Shown here: positions 49,182 through 59,360 of the stretch, piece by piece
Position numbering within the stretch: position 1 is the stretch's first letter
Layout of the letters: every line of letters begins with the position of its first letter
Source of the DNA: an uncultured Ruminococcus sp.
GTDB lineage: Bacteria; Bacillota; Clostridia; Oscillospirales; Acutalibacteraceae
Length of the DNA: 64,000 bases
Reading direction: 5' to 3'
Assembly (NCBI GenBank): GCA_902761375.1
Contig: CACWKB010000003.1
Location: 3,545-67,544, forward strand
Notes under the pieces: generated by a model
The model's input: the letters and a program-made list of their open reading frames with translations, nothing else
Told to the model about the DNA's origin: nothing
The model's database searches: none
Made by a program: the position numbers and the translations under genes

Positions 49182-52100
49182 GATGAAATCATTCATATGC
49201 ACCGAACAGATGATCAGCTCGCTGACGGGCAGCTCAAGCGTCTGCTCCATCGCCTCTTTGTACAGCGCAAGCTGCCTGCCGTAAAGCTCGGCGAGCTTGT
49301 TGAGGTCGCTGATGCGGTCCGTCTTGTAGTCGAGGATCACAAGGCTGCCGTTTTCCTCAAAGGCGAGATCGACCGCGCCCTGCATAAGAGATTTGAGCCC
49401 GCAGGAGACCGAGCGGTAACGCTCGTCGATCAATTCGGGTGCGACCATCACGGCGAACCTCTCCTCGCGGTAGACCCTCGGCGAGCGCAGCACGCGGTCG
49501 AACAGCTCCGAGTGCAGCAGAGCGGACAGGCGTTCGGAATCGATAGCCGCCGCCTGCTCACCGGTCAGTCTGCCGAGCTCGCAAAGTCGAGTTATCTCCG
49601 AGGAAATATCGGCGCGAGCCTTCTCGAAATCGCAGTAATGCAGGAATTCGTGGTGAGCTGTGCCTCGCTCGACAGAGCTTGCGCGGTCTTGTTCGAGGAA
49701 TTTCGGCTTAACGATCACCTTGTTGAAGTAATCGTTGTTCTTGCTGTGGGCAAGCGCTGAGGCGCTGACCTTCTGGGGCAGGTCGAGCGCGGCGGCGTTC
49801 GGATAAGCAAAGGAGAGGCTCTTTTTGAGCAGCTCGGAGTAATCAAGCTCGGTGAGCCTTTTGACGGCGGCAGGCTCATCCTCCTGCGCCGTTTCCATAT
49901 CGCATTCGCCTTCGGAAAGCGAGAGCTGCGCCTCGTTCGATATCCGATAATACCTCCACTCAGGCGCGTCAACCGACGTGAGTACGGGAAGCTCAGGCGC
50001 GATGCTTAAGCGAACCGTGGGATTGGCAAGAGAAACGAGAGTCATCCACTTCAGAATGCTGTTGCAGGCTAAAACGTCGCAGGGATCGGGAGTTGAGCTC
50101 ATCAGCATACAGCTCTTGAGCTTATCGGTCAGCGACGCCGCGTCGTCGGGAGAACCGACGATTATCAGCTTTTCACGGGCGCGGGTCAGCGCCACATACA
50201 GCACACGCAGCTCCTCGGCGAGCTGCTCTTTTTTTATTTGGAGCTGTATTGCCCTGCGCGGCAGGGTGTTGACGTTGACGATCCCGTCTCTGGCGCGGAA
50301 GCCTAAGCCAGACTCTGAATCGAGCAGCAGATTGCCCCTGAGATCGGCGTCGTTGAATTTTCGCGCGGTATCGGCGATAAAGCATACGGGATACTCGAGC
50401 CCCTTTGATTTATGGATGCTCAGCACCCTGACGCCGTTGATGCTCCCCAGGTCGAGATTCGAGGCGGCGTCGAGACTTTTGCCGTTTTCGATCATGCGAT
50501 CTATGTACGCGACAAAATCGGACAGCGTTTTGTAGCCGTACTTCTCGAATTTGCGCGCATACACGCGCATCAGGTTGAGATTCCGCAGCGGGTCGTATCC
50601 ACCCTTTACCGCCGAGGTTATCGCGCCGACGGCGGTGGAGTCGAATATCCTACCGATCAGCTCATCCACGGTGCAAGCTGTGGAAAAGCGGCGCAGAGCG
50701 TCGAGCTCGGTCAGAAACTCATCCGCCTTCGGCAGCGTACCGCGAACCCTGCAAAGCGAATTGTATAGGCTCAGACGGCGGCTGTCGGCGCGCATTAGCG
50801 CGAGCTCGTCCGAGGTGAAGCCGTAAAGCGGGCTGTAAAGCACCGAAAGCAGAGGGATATCAAGCGACGGGTTGTCTATCACGCGCAGGAGATTGAGCAG
50901 AAGCTTGACCTCCTGAGTTTCAAAGAAGCTCTCGTTGTCCTCACAGAAGGCAGGGACTCCGAACGCTTTGAGCCACTTGACGTACTCGCCCGCGCCGCGC
51001 TTCTTTTCCTCCTCGTCGGAGCCCTCGGAGGCTCCGGCTCCCGTGCTTCTGAGAATGACCGCGAAGTCGCCGAACTCGACCGCTCTGCGCGCTCCGCTGC
51101 GGTCGGTGACGGTAAAGCCCTCGGACATCAGCTTATGGATGCGCGCGGCAATAAAGCGAGACTCGAGGCAGGCTGAGGAATAGCCCTCGAAACACTTTTT
51201 TGAGATGACCGCGAGCTCGGTCGCGCAGGAGCTGCTCTCGGGATAGCTTGCGCCCGTATAGAGCGAATCCTCCCTGCCGTAGTTCATCTGAGCCGACTGC
51301 TCGGTCATGAGGCGTGAAAACACGAAGTTCACGGTGTCGCAGACCTCGCGGCGGCTGCGGAAGTTTTTATCGAGATAGATCGTAGCGGGATATTGCGGCG
51401 CGGCGCTGTCGAAACGCGCGTAGCTGTTTTTGCGCTTCAAAAACAGCGAGGGCTTCGCGCCGCGAAAAACATAGATGCTCTGCTTGACGTCGCCGACGAC
51501 AAACAGATTGCTCTCATCAACGGAAACGCAGCGAAAGATCATATCCTGAACGGCGTTGACGTCCTGGCACTCGTCGACGATCACCGTGTCGAACCGCGAG
51601 CCGATCTCACGCGCGAGCTCGGTCTTTTCAAAGCCTCCGTCCTCGGTCGGCACGGCGAGCAGCTTCAGGGTGAGCAGCTCGGTGTCCGAGAACGAGAGCA
51701 CGTTCTTTTTGCATTTGAGCTCAAAGAGTGCGTCGAGGTATTCGCGCGTCAGCTCCGAAAGCTCCGCGATATAGGGCGCGAGGGCATCGAGCTGCTCCTG
51801 CGCCTCAGATAGACTTAATCGGAACTGCGGCGCAAGCTCCTTTGTAAGGATATCGTTGAAGCTTTTGCGGTTTGCCATCGCGGTCTGCTTGATGAAGCTG
51901 TCGTCCATGCCGCGGATAGAAGGATTGTTCTTCTTCTTGAAGCCCGACAGCACGGCTGCGGTCTCATCCCAGCCAATCGAGAGCGCGTCGCCGATGCGGG
52001 TCACGCAGCCCTTGTCGTATTCGAGAACAGGCAGATACTTCTCGGCGACCGCATCGTCGTGCTTCACGAGCTCAATAGTGTCGAGGTTGAGCCGGGTCAG

Positions 52101-52763
52101 GTAAGCTGCGGTATCGCGCGCGTTTTCGAGCATCAGCTCATACCAGACGGTTTTTTCAAAGGGAACCGAATACTCGCGCGCGGCTCGGTCGAGCCATTGC
52201 CCGGGAAATGGCTGGCTCTCGAGGAACTGAGCGATGTCGAGCACGGCGCGGCGAAGGTCGATATCACCGCGTTTTGCGGAGAAAAGGGAAAGGAGTTTTT
52301 CAAAGCTTTCCTTCCGTTCCTGATAAAACCTGTCAAAAACAAGGTCGAGTGCTCGGTTTTTGAACGCCTCGAGCTCGCCGGGATCGGCTATCCGGAAATC
52401 CGCACTGATGTTGAGAGTGTGGAAATACTCGCGGATCAGCTCGCCGCAGAAGCTGTCGATGGTTGAGATATGCGCTCCGCCGAGGCGTTGCTTTTGCTCT
52501 AACAGCGACGCGTTATAAGGATCCTTGTCGAGAAGAGTGTCGATCGCGCTGTGGATGCGCTGCTTCATTTCCGCGGCGGCGTCTCGGGTAAAGGTCACTA
52601 TCAGCGCGCGGTCAGCCGCAAGCGGCTCATCCTCGCGGGTGAGCATTTTTATCACCCGTTCAACGAGCACGGCGGTCTTTCCCGAGCCTGCGGCGGCACT
52701 GACAAGCACCGAACCTTCTGTCGAATATATCGCGTTTTTCTGTTGTTCGGTCCATTCGGGCAT
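49173..52763 (-). CDS. addA: Helicase-nuclease AddAB subunit A
   Basis: WTEQQ, SAAAGSGKT, VGDVKQSIY, NFRS, IHKSKGLEY, YVALTRA, GAVD..DYKTD. Confidence 0.94.
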   Translation of the reverse strand: MPEWTEQQKNAIYSTEGSVLVSAAAGSGKTAVLVERVIKMLTREDEPLAADRALIVTFTRDAAAEMKQRIHSAIDTLLDKDPYNASLLEQKQRLGGAHISTIDSFCGELIREYFHTLNISADFRIADPGELEAFKNRALDLVFDRFYQERKESFEKLLSLFSAKRGDIDLRRAVLDIAQFLESQPFPGQWLDRAAREYSVPFEKTVWYELMLENARDTAAYLTRLNLDTIELVKHDDAVAEKYLPVLEYDKGCVTRIGDALSIGWDETAAVLSGFKKKNNPSIRGMDDSFIKQTAMANRKSFNDILTKELAPQFRLSLSEAQEQLDALAPYIAELSELTREYLDALFELKCKKNVLSFSDTELLTLKLLAVPTEDGGFEKTELAREIGSRFDTVIVDECQDVNAVQDMIFRCVSVDESNLFVVGDVKQSIYVFRGAKPSLFLKRKNSYARFDSAAPQYPATIYLDKNFRSRREVCDTVNFVFSRLMTEQSAQMNYGREDSLYTGASYPESSSCATELAVISKKCFEGYSSACLESRFIAARIHKLMSEGFTVTDRSGARRAVEFGDFAVILRSTGAGASEGSDEEEKKRGAGEYVKWLKAFGVPAFCEDNESFFETQEVKLLLNLLRVIDNPSLDIPLLSVLYSPLYGFTSDELALMRADSRRLSLYNSLCRVRGTLPKADEFLTELDALRRFSTACTVDELIGRIFDSTAVGAITSAVKGGYDPLRNLNLMRVYARKFEKYGYKTLSDFVAYIDRMIENGKSLDAASNLDLGSINGVRVLSIHKSKGLEYPVCFIADTARKFNDADLRGNLLLDSESGLGFRARDGIVNVNTLPRRAIQLQIKKEQLAEELRVLYVALTRAREKLIIVGSPDDAASLTDKLKSCMLMSSTPDPCDVLACNSILKWMTLVSLANPTVRLSIAPELPVLTSVDAPEWRYYRISNEAQLSLSEGECDMETAQEDEPAAVKRLTELDYSELLKKSLSFAYPNAAALDLPQKVSASALAHSKNNDYFNKVIVKPKFLEQDRASSVERGTAHHEFLHYCDFEKARADISSEITRLCELGRLTGEQAAAIDSERLSALLHSELFDRVLRSPRVYREERFAVMVAPELIDERYRSVSCGLKSLMQGAVDLAFEENGSLVILDYKTDRISDLNKLAELYGRQLALYKEAMEQTLELPVSELIICSVHMNDFISL

Positions 52764-55700
52764 CAGGCTTCTCCTCCTTCCCCTATCCTGTTGTCGAGCT
52801 CGGCGTAAAAATCCTCGCGCTTGAGCGAGAGGGTCGGACGCGGCTCGCTCCTTCTGTAAGCGCAGACGCTGTCGTATGGGCAGTATTCGCAGGCGTCGTG
52901 GCTGCCCTTGACGGGCGACGCCTCGATCCTGCCGCTGTAAAGCCTGCTTCCCATGTCGAGCACGGTCTTATCGAGCAGGCAAAATATCTTTTCAAGCTCC
53001 GATTGATCGGCGCGGCTCATGGCAGAGCGCGCCTCGGGTTTGGTCTTTATAGGGATATAGGTCGCCGAATCGGTCTTGTCCATGCCGAGTATCACCTGCT
53101 CGTCGTCAAGGATAAGACCGTTCATGCGCAGCGCGGAGTTGAGCTCCTTTTGCACATCGACGTCCTCGGCAGCGTCGGCGTTGACGCGCTTGACCGTCGC
53201 GGGCATGTAAAGAACGCCTGCCGGAACTATATCGCCGTAACGCTCGTTTCCGACGGCTTTGATGGTATAAAGATACAAAAGCATTTGCAGATCGAGTCCT
53301 GAAAGGATATCGCTGAGCTTAAAGGTCTTTGCACCTGTTTTGTAGTCCACGACGCGCAGGAATCTCTTGCCGCCCTTTTCCATGATATCCACGCGGTCGA
53401 CCTTGCCTCTGATCGAAATGCTGCCTCCGTTGTCGAGCTTCAGGGTGTATTCCGGGATATCACCCGAAATATCGAGCTCGCAGTCGGCTACCTCAAAGTC
53501 GCTTTGGGCGAGCTCGTCGGCGATATGGCGCAGCAAAAGCGCGGCGTTCACGCTCAGCACTCTCAGCTCAAACATGAATGATTGCGGCTTGTCCTCGCTG
53601 CCTCCGAAGTAGGCTGAAAGATATTCGGCAACGGCGGAATCGACAAAGCTTTTGATCTCGTCGTCGCCTAAAGCCGAGTATTCCGGCTTTGAAAAGCGGG
53701 TGAAGAACCGCTCTAAAATATAGTGTATCAGCGTGCCGTACTCCATCGGATTGATCTCGGCGCGGAGCCTTTCGCGGATACGCAGCCCGTAGTTGCAGAA
53801 ATACGAGAACGGACAGAGGCTGAAGCGCTCGAGCTGAGAAGCCGAGATGCGGCTGTCCTCGCCGAAAAGCAGCTTCGGCGTATCTGCGCTGCGCAGCGAA
53901 AACGGCTCACCGTCTATCGCACGCTTGACTGCCTCGACGCGCGGAGCGTACAGAGGGTCGGCGGTAAACAGCTCCTCCAAGCCGCGCAGCTCATCCTTTC
54001 CCTTTGCAAGCGAGAGCGCGTACTGCTCAAATGCGGGCTGAGGCGCGAGCATAGCCTCTTCCCTCTCGTCAAAATCATCCGCCGTGAGGATTGGCATTTT
54101 CGGAAACGGCTTTCTAAGCTCGGAGATGATCGAGGACGGCTCAAACCGCTCGCCCTCGAGATTGACGGCGGGATAGCTCGCGTAAAGCATTTCAGAGGCG
54201 GAGGTCATGCAGTTGTAGGCGATGAAGTTCTCAAGCTCCGTAAACTCGGAAAAGGATTCGCCGAGCTTGAGATCCCTTAGACTGAGCGCCGCGAGCTCGT
54301 AGCTCGAGAACAAGCCCGTACTGTGGGGCTGCGCCGGGAACGAGCCCTCGGTACAGCCGATCAAAAACGTGACCCTCGGGTTTGAGACGCGCACGCGCTG
54401 AGCGGTAGTCACGGTAACGCTGTCCAAGGTCTGGGGAATACGGGCAAATTCCATAGAGCTTATCTGATAACCGAGAAGCTCATAGAAGCGGCGCGCGGAC
54501 AAAGCGATATCTCCGACGACAGCGACGGTCTTGTCGAGCGCGTCCATGAGCATAGACCAGACCCCGGTCTGCTCGCTCGCATACTCCTCCTCGGCGGGAG
54601 TCCGCGCTTCCGAGTGGAGCCGCTGCAGAGCCTGAGGCACCTTCATGTCAGCCATGAGCTCATACAGCATCGCGGCGATATCTTTGCCGGTCCTGTCCCT
54701 GACTCCGTCCCTGAAGGCTCGAACGGGTTCGATCACCGCGCGGCGCACCTGCTCGGCGCGTTCGAGCGCGCGTGAATCGTTGGGGCTCATTTCCTCGGAA
54801 AAGCCCCTCGGATTCTGAGTAAAGGGCGACAGAAACGCCCTGTTGTTCACGTTCCAGACAAATATGTAGCCCTCAAAACCGGAGATCTCCTCCTCCGAAA
54901 AGCCGCACAGACCCGTTTTGACGAGCGACAGCACGTCCTCGCGCTCGAAATTGTCGAGCGCCATGCGGAAAACACTGTTGACAAAGCGGATGACGGGCTT
55001 TACCTCGACGTCGCGCTGTATATCCATAAAATACGGGATGTCGAATTTTTCGAGGATCACGTCGAGCAAGCCGGCGTAGGGCTCGATATCGTGACAAACT
55101 ATCGTGAAATCTGAATACAGGAAGCCCTGCTCGATCACCATGCGCTTTATGCGCCGAGCCGTAAACTCGCACTCGTTGTACGGGTCTGAGGCAAGATAGG
55201 CGGCGATATGCTCGGGAGATTGTTGAAAAGGCTCTTCATCACGAACACGGCGGTAAGCGCAGGAGGCGAGCAGACGGAGATCGTAGTGCTTAAATCGCCT
55301 GAGCTCCGTAAGCTTGACCGGCGTTCCGATATCGATCAGATCGCGCTTTGCAAGCTCCAGAATAGTGCGGTATGTGCGGTATGAGGTGGCAAAAACCGCC
55401 TCCTCGGGGCGCAACGGGTCGAGAGTAAGCGAAACGAAGCTGTCGCGGCAGCGGTTCAGCAGCACGCGGAGCACACCGAGCTGCGAAGCGTTGAAGCCCG
55501 AGAACGAATCGACGAACAGAGTGTAGCCCTCAAACAGCGAACCGTTATCCGAGAGCAGACCGCAAAGCCGCTCGAGATCGTCGAGCGGATCGATATAGCT
55601 CTGCGCTACAATAGCGTCGTAGGCGTCGTAGACCTGCGCGGTCTCGGTCAGCTTTTTCCGCAGCGTTTCATCCCCGACACCTTCGGCGGTAAAACGGAGC

Positions 55701-56104
55701 ATATCGGTCGTCACGCGGCACGACTTGCACTCGGAAAGGGTGTTGAGCATCAGGTCGGTAACGCTTTTGGGATTGCGCGTCTTTAAGAGACTGAGCTTAT
55801 CGGTGAGCTGCTCTAAAGCGAGGCTCATTATCACGGCGCGGGTGCCGTTGTCGAGCACATTGTGCGCGACGTCGGCGGTCAGCTCTGATACGCGGCGGCA
55901 CAGGCTCGAAAAGCCGTAGACCTCCGCTCTGAGCGCCCTTTTGGCTCCGAGAAGCCCGAGCAGAGCCTTTTCGGTCTCAAAGGTACTCTGATCCGGCACG
56001 AGCACCAGCGCACGCGCGCCTTCTGTCCCGAGCAGCTCGGATATTCTGTCATAAACGGCGGCGGTTTTTCCCGTTCCGCTCGTTCCTAAAATGAATCTAA
56101 GCAT
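52763..56104 (-). CDS. addB: Helicase-nuclease AddAB subunit B
   Basis: GTSGTGKT, VPDQ, SASQLE..CPF, GKVDRVD..DYK, CEYCPY..VC Fe-S staple. Confidence 0.93.
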   Translation of the reverse strand: MLRFILGTSGTGKTAAVYDRISELLGTEGARALVLVPDQSTFETEKALLGLLGAKRALRAEVYGFSSLCRRVSELTADVAHNVLDNGTRAVIMSLALEQLTDKLSLLKTRNPKSVTDLMLNTLSECKSCRVTTDMLRFTAEGVGDETLRKKLTETAQVYDAYDAIVAQSYIDPLDDLERLCGLLSDNGSLFEGYTLFVDSFSGFNASQLGVLRVLLNRCRDSFVSLTLDPLRPEEAVFATSYRTYRTILELAKRDLIDIGTPVKLTELRRFKHYDLRLLASCAYRRVRDEEPFQQSPEHIAAYLASDPYNECEFTARRIKRMVIEQGFLYSDFTIVCHDIEPYAGLLDVILEKFDIPYFMDIQRDVEVKPVIRFVNSVFRMALDNFEREDVLSLVKTGLCGFSEEEISGFEGYIFVWNVNNRAFLSPFTQNPRGFSEEMSPNDSRALERAEQVRRAVIEPVRAFRDGVRDRTGKDIAAMLYELMADMKVPQALQRLHSEARTPAEEEYASEQTGVWSMLMDALDKTVAVVGDIALSARRFYELLGYQISSMEFARIPQTLDSVTVTTAQRVRVSNPRVTFLIGCTEGSFPAQPHSTGLFSSYELAALSLRDLKLGESFSEFTELENFIAYNCMTSASEMLYASYPAVNLEGERFEPSSIISELRKPFPKMPILTADDFDEREEAMLAPQPAFEQYALSLAKGKDELRGLEELFTADPLYAPRVEAVKRAIDGEPFSLRSADTPKLLFGEDSRISASQLERFSLCPFSYFCNYGLRIRERLRAEINPMEYGTLIHYILERFFTRFSKPEYSALGDDEIKSFVDSAVAEYLSAYFGGSEDKPQSFMFELRVLSVNAALLLRHIADELAQSDFEVADCELDISGDIPEYTLKLDNGGSISIRGKVDRVDIMEKGGKRFLRVVDYKTGAKTFKLSDILSGLDLQMLLYLYTIKAVGNERYGDIVPAGVLYMPATVKRVNADAAEDVDVQKELNSALRMNGLILDDEQVILGMDKTDSATYIPIKTKPEARSAMSRADQSELEKIFCLLDKTVLDMGSRLYSGRIEASPVKGSHDACEYCPYDSVCAYRRSEPRPTLSLKREDFYAELDNRIGEGGEA

Positions 56105-56172
56105 ATCATCACCACGATGTCGATCTATAGTTTATATTATAAAACCGAGGCTGTGCGATAATCCGCACAGCA

Positions 56173-56766
56173 TCAGAATAATGAGCAGATTTTTTCAAAT
56201 ATTTCAACGAGCTTGAATCTATACTCCGTGTTTTCGTCGGTCACAAGCTCGTACTGGCTCTCGGTCAGCGCGCCGCGCGCTTTCTCATCCTGCTCGGACG
56301 CGACTCCCACACACAGCGACGGATACATCACGCACCACCAGTTGTGACCCTCGCCCTTTCCTATCACAAGCCGCAGAGCGTCGTATGTCCCGGCCGGAAG
56401 CGTGTAGGAAGCGTAGCGCCGCGTGTTGAAATACATCCGCGTGAGCTCGGCGCGAACCGGGTAGTCATAGCCGCTGTCGGCGATCTCGTCGGCGGCGATA
56501 TCGGCAAGCTCCTGCAGATGGGAGGCGGTGAGCTTTTGCGCCTCCTCCTTGGTCTTTGCGGAGTTGAAAAGCTCGTCGCCCCTTTTGAGCACGCGGTCGC
56601 GCACCCGAAGCTTGAGCGCCTGATCCTCCTCGCTGTCGGAGTTGGCGAGGATATGCAGCCGAAATACCTCGTCCGATATTTCGCGGCAGTCAGCCTCGAA
56701 GGGCAGCATTGAAAACAGTACGGATAAAACAAAGGCTACGCACGCCGATTTGATCAAAAGCTTCAT
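56173..56766 (-). CDS. spoIIR: Stage II sporulation protein R
   Basis: RLHILANSDS..DQ.LK.VRD, PAG.Y.A, GHNWWCVMYP.LC. Confidence 0.95.
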   Translation of the reverse strand: MKLLIKSACVAFVLSVLFSMLPFEADCREISDEVFRLHILANSDSEEDQALKLRVRDRVLKRGDELFNSAKTKEEAQKLTASHLQELADIAADEIADSGYDYPVRAELTRMYFNTRRYASYTLPAGTYDALRLVIGKGEGHNWWCVMYPSLCVGVASEQDEKARGALTESQYELVTDENTEYRFKLVEIFEKICSLF

Positions 56767-56769
56767 AGT

Positions 56770-56827
56770 AAAAAACCTGTCCTCTCTGAATATGCTGAGA
56801 TTATGGACAGGTTTAAGATTTTTATAC
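56770..56827 (-). promoter_or_regulatory. sigF/sigG-like spoIIR promoter embedded in a terminator-like hairpin
   Basis: GTATA-N17-CATAAT; AAACCTGTCC/GGACAGGTTT stem plus U-run. Confidence 0.65.
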
Positions 56828-57691
56828 TACCTTGCAGCCGAATTTAACGGGCTTGCATAAAAAGGTCTGCGGATAATGCTCTTTGAGCGTATCATAGCAT
56901 TTTTTGGCGCGGCGAGATGAGGTGAAGATCGCAAAAACCGCCGAGCCCGAGCCGCTCATGCCGGCTCCGCGAGCCTTGCAGCGCAGCATCTCGCGCTTAA
57001 TCTCGATCACCTCGGGGATCTGCAGCGCGAGCTCGAAGTCATTGAAGATCGTCGACGATATCATGAACATATCGTGGCTGTAAAGCGCCTTGACCATCTC
57101 GTCGGTGTATGAGGGATGCGGCTTTAGCGCGTCTACCATTTTGTACGCCTGTGCCGTCGAAACGCTGACGGTATCGGGCTTGCAGATGACGATATCGGAG
57201 CAGTGAAAGGCGGGCAGCTTTTTGAGCGTGGCGCCTATCCCGGTGCAGAGCTTGGTTCCGCCCTCGACGCAGAAGGGAACGTCCGCGCCTACCCTCTCGC
57301 CTATCGCGCAGAGCTCGGCGGGCTTGAGCTTGGTATCAAAAAGCGCGTTTAGCGCGAACAGAGCCGCCGCGCCGTCGCTGCTGCCGCCGGCAAGCCCCGC
57401 CTGAGTCGGGATCGTCTTGTCGATGTCTATATGAACGCCCTTTACGTCCATGCGGCACGCCTCAAAAAAGCGGTACGCCGCCTTTGCGCAGATGTTGCTG
57501 TCGTCGCAGGGCACGCCCTCGACATTGCAGGACAGGGTCACCTTGCCGCTGTCGTTATCGCTGACGGTGACGATGTCGTACAGGTCGACCGCCTGCATGA
57601 CGGTCGCTATCTCATGGTAGCCGTCGGGACGCTTGCCCAAGACGTCGAGGGAAAGGTTGATTTTCGCCGGAGCCTTAACGCTGATTTCCAT
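56822..57691 (-). CDS. ispE: 4-diphosphocytidyl-2C-methyl-D-erythritol kinase
   Basis: APAKINL, DGYH, IP.QAGLAGGSSD, GADVPF, MSGSG. Confidence 0.95.
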   Translation of the reverse strand: MEISVKAPAKINLSLDVLGKRPDGYHEIATVMQAVDLYDIVTVSDNDSGKVTLSCNVEGVPCDDSNICAKAAYRFFEACRMDVKGVHIDIDKTIPTQAGLAGGSSDGAAALFALNALFDTKLKPAELCAIGERVGADVPFCVEGGTKLCTGIGATLKKLPAFHCSDIVICKPDTVSVSTAQAYKMVDALKPHPSYTDEMVKALYSHDMFMISSTIFNDFELALQIPEVIEIKREMLRCKARGAGMSGSGSAVFAIFTSSRRAKKCYDTLKEHYPQTFLCKPVKFGCKVV

Positions 57692-58862
57692 CTTCGAGCT
57701 CCTTTATGAATTCACGTATACGCGCGAGCGCGATTTTGAGGTGTTTGAGCGAATATGAGTATGAAACGCGCACAAAGCCCTCGCCGCAGGCTCCGAAGGC
57801 GGTTCCCGGAACGACGGCGACGTGCTTTTCCATTATCAGCCGGGTGCAGAATTCCTCGGAGCTCAAACCCGTCGAGCTGATACAGGGGAATACATAGAAG
57901 GCTCCGAGAGGCTCAAAGCAGCTCAGCCCCATATCGTTGAAGCTGTCCACCACAAGGCGGCGGCGCATATCGTACTCGTCGCGCATCCGGCAAACGTCGC
58001 GGTCACCGTTGCGCAGCGCCTCTATTGCCGCGTACTGCGCGGTAGTGGGCGCGGACATGATGCCGTACTGGTGGAGCTTTGTCATCTGGGCGATCAGCGG
58101 AGCGGGTCCGAGCGCGTAGCCGAGCCTCCATCCCGTCATCGCGTATGACTTGGAAAAGCCGTTTATCACGACGGTGCGCTCATACATTCCGTCGACCGAG
58201 GCGATCGAGACATGGTTCCTGCCGCCGTAGGTGAGCTCGCAGTATATCTCGTCGGAGAGCACCATCAGATCGTGCTCAATCACGACCGAGGCTATCTCCT
58301 CGAGATCTTCACGCTCCATTATGGCGCCCGTGGGGTTATTTGGGAACGGCAGCACCAGCAGCTTGGTATTGTCGGTGATCGCGGCGCGGAGGTCGGACGC
58401 CTTCAGGCGGAAGCGATCCTCGTTTTTAGTGTTGATTATGACGGGCTTGCCGCCTGCCATGACAGTAAGGGGCTCATAGCAGACGAAGGATGGCTGAGGG
58501 ATTATCACCTCGTCGCCCGGCTCGACCAGACAGCGCAGCGCGAGGTCGATAGCCTCGCTGCCGCCGACGGTGACGAGCGTCTGCTCGTTCGGGCTGTATG
58601 TAAGTCCGAACCGCCGCTGATAGTATTCCGAAATCTGCCTGAGCAGCTCGGAAAAGCCGCGGTTAGGCGAATACCAAGTCCTGCCCTTTTCAAGGCTTCG
58701 GATGCCCTCGTCGCGGATATGCCACGGGGTCTGGAAGTCGGGCTCGCCTATACTCAGCGAGATCACGTCGTCCATCTCGTTGGCGATATCGAAGAACTTT
58801 CTTATTCCCGACGGCGCGATCGAGCTGATCGAGCTGTTGAGATACTTGCTGTAATCTATCAC
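57675..58862 (-). CDS. PLP-dependent aminotransferase class I/II (YugH/AlaT-like)
   Basis: IGEPDF, PNNPTG, SDEIY, FSKSYAMTGWRLG. Confidence 0.92.
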   Translation of the reverse strand: MIDYSKYLNSSISSIAPSGIRKFFDIANEMDDVISLSIGEPDFQTPWHIRDEGIRSLEKGRTWYSPNRGFSELLRQISEYYQRRFGLTYSPNEQTLVTVGGSEAIDLALRCLVEPGDEVIIPQPSFVCYEPLTVMAGGKPVIINTKNEDRFRLKASDLRAAITDNTKLLVLPFPNNPTGAIMEREDLEEIASVVIEHDLMVLSDEIYCELTYGGRNHVSIASVDGMYERTVVINGFSKSYAMTGWRLGYALGPAPLIAQMTKLHQYGIMSAPTTAQYAAIEALRNGDRDVCRMRDEYDMRRRLVVDSFNDMGLSCFEPLGAFYVFPCISSTGLSSEEFCTRLIMEKHVAVVPGTAFGACGEGFVRVSYSYSLKHLKIALARIREFIKELEDGNQR

Positions 58863-59341
58863 AGGATCAAACTCCTCTCGTCAGCCTGATCCTCGGACTC
58901 GGTGAGCTTCATACCCCTGTCCTTGTAGCGGCGCATGATGAAGTGGGTTCCCGTGGACACCACGCCGTCGATCGTAGAGAGCTTTTTGGCTACGAACATG
59001 GCGATATCCTGCATCGTCTCGCCGCGCACGATCAGGGCAAAATCGTAAACGCCCGCCATAAGATATACGGACTCGACCTCGTCGAACGCCATGCACATCT
59101 GAGCCATCTCGTCAAAGCCGGTCTCCTTCTTGGGAGTTACCTTGAGCTCGATGAGCGCCTCGACAAAGCTGTCATCGACGTCCTCCCAGTTGACGACCGC
59201 CTGATAGCCCTTGATTATTCCGCGGTTCTCATATTCCTTGATCTGCGCGCTGATGTAATCCTCGGGCTCTCCGAGCATCGCCGCTAACTCGGCGGTGGTG
59301 AAGCTTGCGTTTTTGCATAAAAGCTGTAATAATTTATCCAT
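58859..59341 (-). CDS. Lrp/AsnC family regulator (YugG-like)
   Basis: N-terminal HTH, VYLMAGVYD, THFIMRRYK; coupled to aminotransferase. Confidence 0.9.
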   Translation of the reverse strand: MDKLLQLLCKNASFTTAELAAMLGEPEDYISAQIKEYENRGIIKGYQAVVNWEDVDDSFVEALIELKVTPKKETGFDEMAQMCMAFDEVESVYLMAGVYDFALIVRGETMQDIAMFVAKKLSTIDGVVSTGTHFIMRRYKDRGMKLTESEDQADERSLIL

Positions 59342-59360
59342 ATACTCTCCTCCTGTTTTA

